Origin: Massalongia carnosa
Lineage: Eukaryota
DNA: 64,000 bases
Reading direction: 5' to 3'
NCBI GenBank assembly: GCA_965645245.1
Contig: OZ287068.1
Span: forward strand, 3,286,001 to 3,350,000
The notes under the pieces are model-generated. The model made no database searches. It saw only the letters and a program-made list of their open reading frames with translations, and was not told the DNA's origin. Made by a program: the position numbers and the translations under genes. The stretch's first letter is position 1. The number at the start of each line of letters is the position of its first letter. Positions 1 through 12,719 of this stretch are shown piece after piece.

Positions 1-2744
1 AGATGGAGAGATGAGACGATATGATATATTGAGGGGAAACCGTAGAGGTAAAATCTGTAGAGGAGAAATTAGGTCCTGCTATTCAGATCCCGCTCCATAG
101 CATAGCATATTGTTCGTAAAGGAGATCTAGTACCATCATTAATCACTGCGTCATACTTTGTATAATGTACGATTGACTAACGGAGGATATAGATCAATAA
201 GCTCATTAGAGAACGTCTCACGATATGTTTGGGCTCGCTGGCTCCGACATAAAACCAAGCACTCCTGCCTTCGTGGCTGTCCCTTGATCTGAAATTAGGG
301 TTCCCCTTGATCGTGTAGACTTCCAGGCACCCCAAACAGCGTTAAGCTTTAGAGCGAACTCATCTTGCTATTCTGTAGGTCGTGTGAAAGAAATAGATGG
401 CGTAGATAACGCTTAACTTTCTCTTCAGGATTGAGCAGTTGCTGCCAGTAGACTCTCCAAAAAACGCAGTTATTTGAACAGCAGAGGAGAAACAATGTTT
501 TCCTTAGAAGCACACATTCAACGTCATGATCCCGAGTTAGTAACTTAAGCGTAAATTCAGAGCCTAACAGGGCTTCTTTGGGAGTGCTTTCGAGCCAGAA
601 ATCGAGATGAGCTTGCTGTCATGGACTCCTAGACCTCGCCGCTTATGCCAAGTGGTTTTTATGAAACACAACTTCTTTGGCTCATACGAATTGCAACGAC
701 ATCTCTAATTCAATGATTCAATGGGAATAGATTCAGCAACCAGTCTCTTCAATAAGGGATCTCTGACTAGAAATAGAAGCTTAGGGCTTCCCATCAAGAG
801 TGTCATAATGAGAGCCTGAGTGATGCCTGCAAAGTGAATCAGCGAACTCTCAGATTGATCCAATCATCAGACAGCAGCCTCAGGATTGGCCAAAGGTCAG
901 ATTAGCTCCTTCACTCATAAAGTCCTCAAAAGGTATGTTTTGGTTCGGACTTCCGTCGACGGTGAATGCTTGCGGAAGCAGATTTCGCAATTGCGAACCC
1001 ATCTGCGGTCTTTTAGCGCATCCTAGAACTGATGATATCTACTTTCTGACTGATTTCTTGGCAATGACAGAGTGCTCATTAAAGATGCCATTTTTTCCAA
1101 TCAACATATGTTCAGCGGCGAAGAAGATAAAAGGAGTATCCAATCTGCGAAAATCCGAACGCACATCCGGGCATCTGAAATTGGCGTGGCGCAATGGAAG
1201 GCCGACGGTTATTATTTGCGTCAAAGAAGGAGTCACAGTAGACGGCGCACATCCTTTAGGCTTACCCACAAGCTCTCGTACGTAGGGTTTAATCTGAATT
1301 CCTACAGTGACTTCGCATGAAGATGAGAATTTCAGCCTCCTTAGATCAACGCCTTGGATATGTGAAAAAACCGATTCAAGTTTACCACTGCAACGAGTTC
1401 CCAAGGTCAACTCTGGATGTAACGTGTTTTAACGTGAGGCGTCACAAGCTTATCACCATCAGGCCATTCATCAGGCCATCACCAGGTAATATGGGTCGAT
1501 TATGACGTACATGCTGCTACCACCAGAAAGCTAGGTGCATCGTGTATCTTTGCTTAACGTCGGTGAATCATAGACAGTAGTCGAAATAAATGACCTTTTA
1601 GCGCTAAACCTGTGCTTGACTGAAGCTAAAACCAAACAATGTAGATAGCTTAGGATTAGCGTAGGCTATTGGTTTGGTAGCTTGCACGAGCGCCTAGCAA
1701 CGAAGAGTTTATAAGGAAAGTATACAAGTTATTGTTCTACTGAAACTAACTGGCTCTTTCAAAGGACGCTTGAGGGCCATGAGCTTCTATGCTCAGCGAA
1801 TAAAAGCTTGAAAGCGGTTCCCAAACAGCACATTATGTCTTTTGAGCAGCTGAAATCTTTCTATGAAGAAGGCTGCGATGAAATGTATTGAGGGCTTATT
1901 GTCTTGCGAGTTTTTGTCCTTTCATCATCGATAGCCCCCAAATATCTATCTGAAGTTTCAGCGGCTATGCACCATATCGAGTCGACTCCGAAACAGCCAA
2001 GAGTTCTCTCTGCGCGAGGATCATACGACCGTTCATTAATAAGCAATACCCCTAATGATTAATTTCTTCTTTGCCATTCTCGAAGACGATCTTTGAGCTC
2101 TTAGGCGTCTTTGCTCTATTAAGCTCTAGTAGTGTGACAAAGTTAGATATATCTCAATTCTTTCTAATAACATTCTTCCATAGTTCTTACATCACCTAAT
2201 ATTAAAAGATAACAGTTCAAAAGGCTAATTCATGTCACGGCGAAAAGAGTTATGTATGAAGACTCCAAAGAAAAAAATAATAACCCATCTTCATCGTGGC
2301 TAGAGCTTAGAAAAGGTATAGGAGAAAATAAATAACGGGCCAAGGTAGGTTGTCAGACCCGGCTTATCATCAGGTTCCAGAAACCCTTCCCTTTAAGTTG
2401 GTGCTACAACAACGCGGGAGTAGGGATCTTCTAAAGAACCAAGCATTAAGTCTTGCTATGCCGCCTTGGCAAGAAGCTTTGGTTTCTTAGGAGCTGTGGA
2501 GTGGTGGACAAACCCTGATTGCCTTTCTGGCTGGAAGATTAGAATTTATCCTGCGAAACTGGGGGCAGCGAAAGGCATTGGACGGAAGGAAAGAGCTCTT
2601 ACCTTCGGAGCTGATCTAGCGACTCTTACGATTATAAGAAGGGAGTCAGTTCCTCATCTTCTTGTTAATTTTGTACGAGAATCACTCCCATCTAAACAAC
2701 CCTGAAAACTCTTTTAACCCCCTAAACGGCAAAACCTAGAAAAA

Positions 2745-3325
2745 ATGAAGCTCCTCATTGTCTTGGCCATGGCATGTGTTTCTGTCGCTGTCCCGGCAGA
2801 ACTCTCCCTCGAGGAAAGCTTGAACACCCGTAGCCTTCACGGCTATTGTAACCACCAGGGAAACGAAGCTGTATGTACTTTCCCGGAACCATATCCTTGT
2901 CATCCTCCCCAACAAGCAAGATGATGTAACTAATGTTAACTGCCTAGTTGGGGGGCACGTGCGAATATGTTTCCAGTTGCCCAGATGTCTCTTTCGTGAA
3001 TGACTGTCCTAATGGTAAGCTCCTTCCGCTCCATCTACATTATTTTTTCTGGGCAAATAGTCTCCGCGGGTTCATTGCGTATATTATTAACCTTTGTTGT
3101 GTCGTCACATTAGATCCGAACAACGTCAAATGCTGCGTAAGAGTCGAATGCTCTGGAGCTTACGCAGGCAATTTTTGTACAAACACCTCGAAGAAATGCC
3201 CCGGAGGGACATTTGTTAAGTACGTAGGCTCAGCTACCACTGGACTATCTTATTAAAGAGCTCATAAATTCTTCAGAAATCACTGCCCAGGGCCCGCTGA
3301 TGTACAATGCTGCGTCTATGATTGA
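2745..3325 (+). CDS. Small secreted cysteine-rich protein, 115 aa, two tandem 6-Cys (defensin-like) repeats
   Basis: Hand-spliced exons 2745-2870, 2948-3014, 3114-3219, 3277-3325 with GT-AG introns give an open frame: MKLLIVLAMACVSVAVPAELSLEESLNTRSLHGYCNHQGNEALGGTCEYVSSCPDVSFVNDCPNDPNNVKCCVRVECSGAYAGNFCTNTSKKCPGGTFVKNHCPGPADVQCCVYD*. Hydrophobic signal peptide; 12 Cys in the mature part. Confidence 0.85.
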
Positions 3326-4604
3326 TGGCATTCATGGCCCGAAGCCTTTGTTATGAACAGATTGGTAACCGCAATGCGAAGATAACTGATACATTGGGCT
3401 CTTTATAATGAAGGATAGCTAGGGGATCTATCATAGCAACCTATAGTTCAAACAAGTTGACATAAGCCATTCGTTTTGCGTTGGGGTTTGATTTGGAAGC
3501 CGAGGAGAACATCTGTTTGGGAAGAAAGAGCGAGTTTAAATGCCCGAGCGAGTTAGTTTTTGCCCTAAGTAGTTTAAATCACGGAAACCAAATTACAGTA
3601 ATTCGGACTTGTGTTACATAATATAGCGCCTGGACAATTCGGTCGTTGCAGCCAGAAGATCCTATAAAAGCAGCCGCAGATAATAGACCAGAGACTAGAA
3701 TATTTGGAACCACCCAGCCAACTTCTAGCTCCACACGAGGTCGAATCTCATTGGCAGAATACAGGATTTGGAGCTTGGAGGTGAGCGTACATGAACAAAA
3801 GCTTCGGAGCGAGACAACTAGAGCCGGCTTGGCCCTAGATCAATAACCCCGCAGTTTTCTTGTGGCTTAAGCAACGCCTGAAGAAATCATGGCTCGCTGC
3901 ATTATAAGAGCGCCATATAGAGAGTCGTCGTCACTCTGCTATTCTTGTGCAGGACCCTCGTTGATTAGTCGTTTGGTGGGACGAGAATTAAAACAAGATT
4001 CACTTCTGTGTTCGAGAGTGGATGACGCAACGCGTTGGGTAGCCAGAAGGGTACTTTTTCAAAGTTTGAAGTATGTTCCGCATCCTAGCAAAGAAGAGCC
4101 AGAAATATTGAAAGGCTTGTAAAGGATCTTAGAGTCTAACTACTCCGCGCCGGAGTAGGGATCCTCACCCGGAATGTCTCATAGATATAAACTAGCTGCA
4201 AGAAGAATTTCCCGCGCTTGTCGACGACCATAAAGCCGCTAAGCAATCGTATTCCTGGCGAATGTCAAGTCTGTTATGGGTATAAAATTCTCTAGACTGT
4301 GAACCTACCTATTTCGCTGATAGAGATATACATAAACATTTCCTTAGTACAGGGCAGTTTCTCGATTGTTTCGAAATAGAGGGTTTGAAAGAAAATTTCG
4401 AAGCAAGTTAAAAATTTTAAAAGTCCTCCAAGGATCGCTGGTTCTACAGTTCCTTGAAGTCGAAAAGGACCTTGTTGAACATCGCTGCGACTTAATAAAG
4501 ATGAGCGGGAAATATGGGAAAGAGGTTAAGATGGAAATGAAGCAGACTTAATGAGTTCAAACGACAAGATAAAGAACAATTAAATGATTATTTCGCTGAA
4601 ACCA

Positions 4605-6067
4605 CTAAGACAATTCCATTGGAGAGGAAGCTAGGTACAACGACCTCGGTACCACTATTATTTCAAACTCTTCTAGCTTTTCGTCCTCTACACCTATGCA
4701 TCGATGCTGGACACGATCGAAGTCTTCCGGACGGTACTCGTCAAGATGCAAGCATAGCCCATGAATGTGTAAAAGGTTGGTAGAGCCCGGTGGCGGTGGC
4801 TGGCACGATAGTGCTCTCGGCAAGCTGCAGTGGAGTTTGCTGAAGCAAGGATAGTCGAGCATCTTGAGCTTATTGAATGGAGGGAGATAGTGAAGATAAG
4901 CCTAGACGGCGGATGGTATGCAGGCGTATACGATCCCCATGAACATCTCCGCTAAAATTATTGGGTGTAAGGCTTGCTGGTTAATGAAAGAAAAAGACAA
5001 CAAAGGACTCACGTCATGGTGTTCACGGGCATGAAAATCTATGTGGCGTCTGTATTATAATTGACAAGGCTTCGGTAACAAATGCTGAGCAGTAGAGCTA
5101 AACACGCCCTGCGACCGGTCAATAGGACAAATATGCCAAAAGGAATAAATCACCCATTCACAGCGAAGTGGTCAATAGAACAATCTTAACGACAGCCTTC
5201 TGCCTTCCTATTAGCTACAACTGAGTCATAGCTATAATAGGGAGGACTAGTATGTATAGATTGATAATGAACCCACGGCAGAGTGTAGAACAGTGATGAT
5301 GAGCGGTTAGTGCCTTTCAAGTATCACATAATGAGAAATAAAATCTCTCCCCGTCTCGTTATGGCGAAGATAAATTGTGCCATTGTCATTCCAGAGTACA
5401 AATTAGTGGTAAACACTGCGCCGATAGATGCGCATACTTTCAGCCATCGCAGGATTTGGAAGAATTGTAAGTATAAGAGAAGAATGGTGACTTTGATGAA
5501 CGTTATAGTCGGCGATGTCAAGGGTTTTTGCACATAACTAGGCTAAATAGTTTGAAGTTATGAGCAACTCATAAGCATTGAAATGAATATTCTGACTTAT
5601 GATGGGCCATTTCAAATATTCGATATCTAAAACGCTAATGTCCCTTACTCCGGATGGCTTCATCACTTAGGTCGATAGGAACCTCTGGACTATATAGGAT
5701 AAATACCCCAAGTATATGCAGTGTAGGTGGCAATCGAATAGATCCACATGGTATTTCGCTGCATCAATTATGTACCCTAGAAGAAAATCTTATTTGTTGA
5801 TACTTACAAAACCAAGCAATACACTCACTGGCTGGAATAGTTAGCTATATTTAGACCACTACTAGCATAGGTAGCTTACAATCATCTCACGAATATTTCC
5901 GATCATATCTTTTAAAAGCATATGCCCAGTTTAGAGCAAAGATTCCCATAATATTTTATGAAAAAGAGGTTATAATAAGGAGAGCTGATTCAGGGTTTCG
6001 GGATTTGCGAGATTAGTTGAATCCCTGGTGAAAACCGTGTTCCAGGAAGAAGCAAAGGAGAATCCAT
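4605..6067 (-). pseudogene. Degenerate Pth11-like (fungal rhodopsin-domain) integral membrane protein
   Basis: Collinear fragments resemble family motifs: N-terminal 'SPG..TNLANPETLN' (~5990-6035), 'FIKVTILLLYLQFF' (ORF 5324-5533, cf. KxSILLLYLRIF) and 'AEMFMGIVYACIPS' (~4910-4952, cf. ExxxGIICACMP). Interrupted by stops and frameshifts; ends approximate. Confidence 0.6.
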
Positions 6068-7178
6068 CTCTTCTTGTGCCACTTTAAGATTTAAGAATAC
6101 AGGTTTATATTATTTCTTAACGCTCGAAATGTGCTTTCGTATCTAATTGCAACGAAGAGAACAACCAGAAAATAAATAAAGGCAGATGACAAACAAAGTA
6201 GAACAGATATTCAAAATGTATGAGACCAGTCGTTGCATAGAATCACATCCAGCACACGCAAGCAGAAGCGGCGTGATAAGTGAAACCCGAACAGATAAGA
6301 GGGAGATACAGCATGAATAAAAAAGATGAGATGCCATGTAATTCTTCGAATTGATACAATAAAGATTTCTTGTTTGGCATTTGAGGGTATTACCTGATCG
6401 ATCATTATCTTATACATATACAACTTTAAGGCGGCTTGAATGCTTTCCATGTGCATGACCAGATGATGACCTTTTATGATGACCTTGTCGGCGAAGAAAA
6501 GGATTCACCTTAGGGTACAATCTTGGACTGTGAAATTCATGCTCTAAGTACAACAGTCATAAGGCAGCTGTTGTAAATTTCTCTTGAGGTAAGAAAGGAT
6601 AAGCTTGGAGTAGTTGCAACCTTGATGATCGGGCACCGAAAGTTTTTAAGACTGTGCAGCTCGGAGGCGTACGGGTTAGCTCTGGAACTTTTAATAGGTG
6701 AAATGGGAATGTTATCAAAAGATTCATGCTAAACTTCTTCAGGGACAAACTAGTTACCTTAAATCCATGATCCTAGGCATTTACATTTCATGACACTCAA
6801 AGTAATGAAAACCATTAACGGTACAAGGATGAGATTGCTGCGGAGTTGCTACCTATGGCAGTCATGTGATGAGCCTAATCGCGTATCCAAATCAATCCCT
6901 AAGGAAACAGATATTCATCCTTGCGGCAGTTCAGCCACAGGCTGCCAAGCGCAGTGTGAATCCGTATCCGGATGGATTCGTCTCTTTTCCATGGTGCTCG
7001 ACTTTAAGGTTTAATATGATGTCAGCATGCAGGCAAGGTATAGGTGTCTAGTCCCGCCACAAATTGCAGAGCATTCACAACACAACATGGCTTCTATCAA
7101 AAACAGTTGGACATTTGTGCTAGGAAATATCTGGAAAATATGAAAATCTAGCTTTCGTTCTCATATCAGTGTTATGAT

Positions 7179-8622
7179 TTACTGACCTCCTTTCCCTTTC
7201 CTTGCTTTCACCTCCTCAATCCATCCGCTGGCTTTCCCTCTGATCAATACGTTTACCTTCACCACCCCATCCACCACCACCACCTTTCCCCCATCTAGCC
7301 AGGCCAACAAAGCCATGTTCCGGCCCACCTTCATCAATCCACCCTCCCCCTTTCCGGTCTCAACATATAGCTCCACGTTGCTCACGCGATAATCGTTGGC
7401 CTTATCCCATGGCAAGGGAAATATGTAGCCTAAGTGCTGCGCCAGCGTATCCGTTTCTGGAACTGCTTTGATGAAGTCTGACTGCGCGTGCAGCGGGTAC
7501 AGTAGTAGGAGTGGGAACACCAATGTGCTGGACGGGGACAGTGGGTCAGGGGAAAGATGGATTGTTGCGTCCTCGAGCGCTGGAGGTTTTGCAGAGGCAC
7601 GAACGATGATGCCACGTGCCAGAATCGCCGCGGCGAGGACTCTTTTCTCCTTGAGCAGGCGGGACTCAGTCTCTCTGCGCGTAGCTTCACTGGCAGCTAT
7701 GGCAGCGGCGCGGGCCTCTATTTTCGAAAGGAGGGCGTTGAAGGAAGGCGTATGGGGTGAAAGAGCACGGCCGCGCGTGCACGCATCACGGGCTTCGGGG
7801 ATTTTGGAGAGGGCGAGCAAGGCTAGTGAAGAACGATAGTAGGCTTTTAGGTTCGAAGAATTAAGGCGTAACGTGGCTGCGCAGTCAAGGGTGGTGGAGC
7901 GATAGTTTTCTGAGTAGCTGTAAGGGGTTTGGGTCTTTCGAAGGCTTGTGGGGCAGTGGAGAAGACGTACGCAGTTCTAAATTGCAGAAGGCACGGTTGA
8001 CGTAGCAGGCCTCTTCAATCTTCTTTTCTTCCTGATGCTCAGCGTCTTGGTCTACGACTGAAGTTGAATCTGGTGCTAGATCTATCGCATTGCCAGTTTG
8101 CGTTTGGACCGGGGCATTTATATGAAGCACTCTAAGTGCTTGAGAGTAGAAATCCCTTCCATCTTTCCAACGCTTCGCTTTGACCATTTCATTCCCGTTT
8201 TCTTTGAATCCGAGGGCCACCTCGACTCGAGATCCTTCATATTGTAAGGCTCGGATGGCTTCAAGCTCGATATTCTCACCGTCTAACCTATACCTTCAGG
8301 TGAACATGTTCTTTCTACGGTTGCCTTCGAAACATTACATACCAGCATCACCCCCCGCATCATCTAAAGAAGTCATGAAAAGCGGAGTCCGGTTCATCAT
8401 TCTTACAATTTCATCGGCAGTATGTGATCGGACTGCCTCCATTTGGGGAGGCAACGAAGGCGTATATCTAGGGTCATTGCCCTCTCGGGCTTGTTTCAAT
8501 ATATTGGCTGGAAATGGAACGGAGCTTGAATTGGTCGAGACACGAGGTATGGGCTGTAAAACGGTAGAGTCGAGGTCCACTTTGTTGTCGAAAATAACCG
8601 GAAGCTCGTTAAACTGAGGCAT
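7179..8622 (-). CDS. CNS1: TPR-domain Hsp70/Hsp90 co-chaperone (Cns1/TTC4 family), spliced
   Basis: Exons in ORFs 8335-8622, 7885-8220, 7179-7820: 'MNRTPLFMTSL', 'FKENGNEMVKAKRWKD', 'YVNRAFCNLEL..NYRS...DC', C-terminal 'FPLLLLYPLHAQSDFI...LPWD' typical of Cns1. Confidence 0.88.
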
Positions 8623-9057
8623 TGTAGACTTAGAACGGGGTTAAAGCTTCATATTCAAGTAAATGATTGCCCCTGAATCTCAAACATCGGCATGAACAAA
8701 TAAGTTGTAACTTATCAGCTCACTCTAAATAACGGGTGGATTTACACTAATCGTGCCATGCTCGCCAGGACAACAAACCGTGTGTCGTTAAGCGAGAAAT
8801 TCTTATCGTAATCCACTAGCACACAAATAATGACGTTTCGGCCTTTCACAGTTCTATCACCGTGAAAATAATTAGGATCAACAGTTACATCAGGTAGTAA
8901 AGTGGTTGTAGAATAGGTAGTGACAGAATACACCAGGCGAATAGAACATCTGGAGGCACAAGAGTTTAGGTTTTTTTCCTGTGATTTACAAATCGATGTG
9001 TGTTGTGTGGATGTTCATGGAGGGGAATGGAATCTCGTAGATTAGGATCGAAACGCT

Positions 9058-9079
9058 AGAAGTTTCGATTGAAATTTCA
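9058..9079. promoter_or_regulatory. Putative heat-shock elements in the CNS1/HSP70 intergenic region
   Basis: Two nGAAnnTTCn units (AGAAGTTTCG 9058-9067, TGAAATTTCA 9070-9079) about 200 bp upstream of the HSP70 ATG; an AGGGG (STRE-like) at 9021-9025. Confidence 0.5.
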
Positions 9080-9268
9080 CCACCGCCTACTTAAATTCCC
9101 ACAACATAGCAACTTTTAATTTTTTCACCTTCCATATTACAATCACTGCATAGACATTCCGCATAACTTGTCTTAAAATTCACAAACTCATCAAAGAAAC
9201 CCTTCGTAAAATAACCTCACTGTTCTGCGGCTCTTCATTGCATCCATCTCCAGCGTACCGGCCTCAAC

Positions 9269-11351
9269 ATGGCGCCCGCAATCGGTATTGATTTGGGCAC
9301 CACCTACAGCTGTGTTGGAATTTTCCGAGATGATCGTATTGAAATCAGTATGTATTCATCAATTTTCTTCATCTTAGATCTAGAACTAACGGGTTTGCAG
9401 TTGCCAATGACCAAGGCAACCGTACCACTCCGTCGTTTGTCGCTTTTACCGACACCGAGCGCCTTATTGGTGACTCGGCCAAAAACCAAGTCGCCATGAA
9501 CCCATCCAATACAGTCTTTGATGCCAAGCGTCTTATCGGCCGGAAATTCGCAGACGCCGAAGTGCAAGCCGACATGAAGCATTTTCCCTTCAAGATTGTT
9601 GACAAGGCTGGTAAGCCAGTCATACAGGTTGAGTTCAAGGGCGAGACCAAGTCTTTCACCCCGGAAGAAATCTCATCCATGGTCTTGACCAAGATGCGAG
9701 AGACTGCCGAGTCATACCTTGGATGCACCGTCAATAACGCTGTCGTCACTGTTCCCGCTTATTTCAACGATTCCCAACGTCAAGCCACAAAGGATGCCGG
9801 TCTAATTGCGGGCTTAAATGTGCTCCGTATCATCAATGAACCTACTGCCGCCGCCATTGCATACGGTCTCGACAAAAAAGCCGAGGGCGAGCGTAACGTT
9901 CTCATTTTCGACTTGGGAGGAGGAACCTTCGATGTCTCTCTCTTGACTATTGAGGAAGGCATATTCGAAGTTAAGTCTACTGCCGGTGATACCCATCTGG
10001 GAGGTGAGGACTTTGACAATCGTTTGGTCAATCACTTCGTCAACGAGTTCAAGCGTAAGCACAAGAAGGACTTGTCCTCTAATGCACGTGCACTCCGTCG
10101 TCTCCGTACAGCTTGCGAGCGGGCTAAGCGTACTTTGTCCTCTTCCGCTCAGACCTCTATCGAAATCGACTCTCTTTATGAAGGTATCGACTTCTACACC
10201 TCTATCACCCGAGCTCGATTTGAGGAACTCTGCCAGGATCTATTCCGTTCCACTATGGAGCCGGTTGAGCGGGTGCTTCGCGATGCTAAGATCGATAAGT
10301 CGACAGTTCACGAGATTGTCTTGGTCGGTGGATCGACTCGTATTCCAAAGATCCAGAAGCTGGTGTCGGACTTCTTCAATGGCAAGGAGCCCAACAAGTC
10401 TATTAACCCGGACGAGGCCGTTGCATATGGTGCTGCTGTCCAAGCCGCTATTCTTTCTGGTGATACTTCTTCGAAATCCACCAACGAAATTCTATTGCTC
10501 GATGTCGCTCCATTGTCCATGGGTATTGAAACTGCCGGCGGTGTCATGACTGCCCTCATTAAGCGAAACACCACCATCCCTACAAAGAAATCCGAGGTCT
10601 TCTCTACATTTTCAGATAACCAGCCAGGTGTTCTGATTCAAGTATTTGAAGGCGAGCGCGCGCGTACTAAAGACAATAACTTACTCGGCAAATTTGAGCT
10701 TTCAGGCATTCCACCTGCGCCTCGTGGTGTTCCTCAAATTGAAGTTACCTTCGACGTTGATGCTAACGGTATCATGAACGTCTCTGCTCTGGAGAAGGGT
10801 ACAGGCAAGACCAACAAAATCGTCATTACCAACGACAAGGGTCGTCTATCGAAGGAAGAGATTGAGCGTATGTTAGCGGAAGCTGAGAAGTACAAGGAGG
10901 AGGATGAGGCTGAGTCTGCACGTATCTCGGCCAAGAACGCTCTCGAGTCATACGCGTATTCGCTAAAGAACACCATTTCTGACTCGAAGATTGACGAGAA
11001 GCTCGATGCCGCTGACAAGGAGAAGCTCAAGACCGAAATCGACAAGACTGTTGCATGGCTCGACGATAACCAGACTGCGACGGTCGAGGAGTATGAAGCC
11101 CAACAAAAGAGCTTGGAGAGCGTTGCAAATCCCATCATGTTCGTCTAACCCTTGCTTTATTCGATGTATAATGCTAACGGTATATTAGGGTCAAGATGTA
11201 CGGTGGAGCCGAAGGAGGAGCACCCGGTGGGGCTCCCGGAGGATTTCCCGGTGCTGGTGGATTCCCTGGTGCCGGCGGTTTCCCTGGTGCCGGTGGACCA
11301 GGCGGTGCAGCTGGTCATGATGATGGACCAACAGTTGAAGAGGTTGATTAG
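9269..11351 (+). CDS. hsp70: Cytosolic Hsp70 (SSA type)
   Basis: Exons 9269-9347, 9401-11138, 11189-11351. Motifs [43 protein letters not shown] repeats and C-terminal GPTVEEVD. Confidence 0.98.
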
Positions 11352-11791
11352 GCAGTTGTTTTTCCCCCCCCATGATACTCGGTTCCTTGTCCACGACTTC
11401 TAGCGGCTCGTGGATTGCCATAGATCCCGATCACGTCAGCTTATGCTCAAAATCAGAAGAGCGATTGCTGCCGGTATTTGATATGAGAATACGCATTATG
11501 GTGGAAAAGCTGGGTGTTCTACCTGTAATTTAGAGGTACGACTTTCGAAAGCATGTTCAATGAAAGTCTTTCAATACTTCAATAAGAAAATAATTGGGCG
11601 TGACTGCTTTCTAAGAAAAAATGTTCGAAAAGAATATTCAGGTATTGTAATCCTCTTCAAGTTTCAGTGCAAGAGAGAACGAGAAGTAGGGTTTCTCTCT
11701 ATAAAATCCTCATGCGATGATCGGAGCTACATACTTAGAAAGATTTTGTAGCATCATATCACTTACTCCAACTAAGCCTATCCTCCCCCCC

Positions 11792-12463
11792 TTAACCAAC
11801 CCCTCCACCATCCCCCTTCTGCTCCTTCTCCCACCTCTCCACGGCCTCAAAATCCCCTTCGAAAGCGCCCACTACCATTCTCTCCCTCGCCCTCCACACA
11901 TCATCGCTACTCGGTCCATCCACATACTTCCTTTCCCTCTGCCGATAGTGCTCTAGCACGCGCCCCTGGCGCTCCTCCTCGCTCATCCACCGCCGGTTCG
12001 TGCGCACGCAGAACCAAAAATTACCCCATAGCTCGCTGCAATTGCGCACGCTACCGTGGCGGTAGATACCGTTGAACTGCCCGCCAAGCGATTGGCAATA
12101 AAAAGCTGTGTCGAAGGCAGCCCGGCAGGACATGGTGGTTGGGTGAATTTGGTTCGGGGTTATAGGGGTGGATGTGGGGGTTGAAGTGGGCGCTGACCAA
12201 AGGAGAGGTGGGTCTGAACTGGTGGAGCTGGTGGAGGTGGTGGGAGGCTGTTTTTGTTGCTGAGGGGTTGGTTCTGATTGGATGGTTTGGAGGAAGGCGA
12301 GGAGTTCGGCGTCGGCGGCTTCGTCGCGGGTGAGAATTGGGGGGGTGGGTGTTTCTTCGGCTGAGGAAGAAGGGGGTGGGGGAGGTGGGGGAGGTGGGGT
12401 TGAGATAGAAAGGGGTGGTTGAGAATCATCGCTATTTTGGTTGGTGCTCCATAACCAACCCAT
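11792..12463 (-). CDS. EMI1: Emi1-like (DUF3128) twin-Cys protein
   Basis: MGWLW start at 12463; 'MSCRAAFDTAFYCQSLGGQFNGIYRHGSVRNCSELWGNFWFCVR' and 'GPSSDDVW' match the family pattern. Confidence 0.8.
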   Translation of the reverse strand: MGWLWSTNQNSDDSQPPLSISTPPPPPPPPPSSSAEETPTPPILTRDEAADAELLAFLQTIQSEPTPQQQKQPPTTSTSSTSSDPPLLWSAPTSTPTSTPITPNQIHPTTMSCRAAFDTAFYCQSLGGQFNGIYRHGSVRNCSELWGNFWFCVRTNRRWMSEEERQGRVLEHYRQRERKYVDGPSSDDVWRARERMVVGAFEGDFEAVERWEKEQKGDGGGVG

Positions 12464-12719
12464 TTTTGCCGTTGAATATCTGGATTGAGAAGGGAGGCTT
12501 AAAGATTTTCTGTTGAAGCTCTCATGCGATGCAAGCAGCAACGGGAGATCGGCGCATGGATCCGACGTCATACGACTGGAAAATAATTTGCGGGAACCCG
12601 TTTTAGGCAAACTAGGGAGACGCGCGATTATGGCTCCTTCAATTAACGGACTATTGAGTGCTTAGATATGACTTTTGAATAGTGTTTGATGTGTCCGATG
12701 AACACCCATCGCCGCCGCA

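Noticed and set aside
1..2700. Short ORFs and coding-like texture on the minus strand (possible decayed gene or transposon)
   Set aside because: Frequent stops and no motif that could be tied to a family; needs BLASTX.
6100..7100. Several 60-80 aa ORFs
   Set aside because: No recognisable motifs or consistent splice structure.
9304..11421. Multiple antisense and alternative-frame ORFs over HSP70
   Set aside because: Expected by-product of codon bias in a highly conserved gene.
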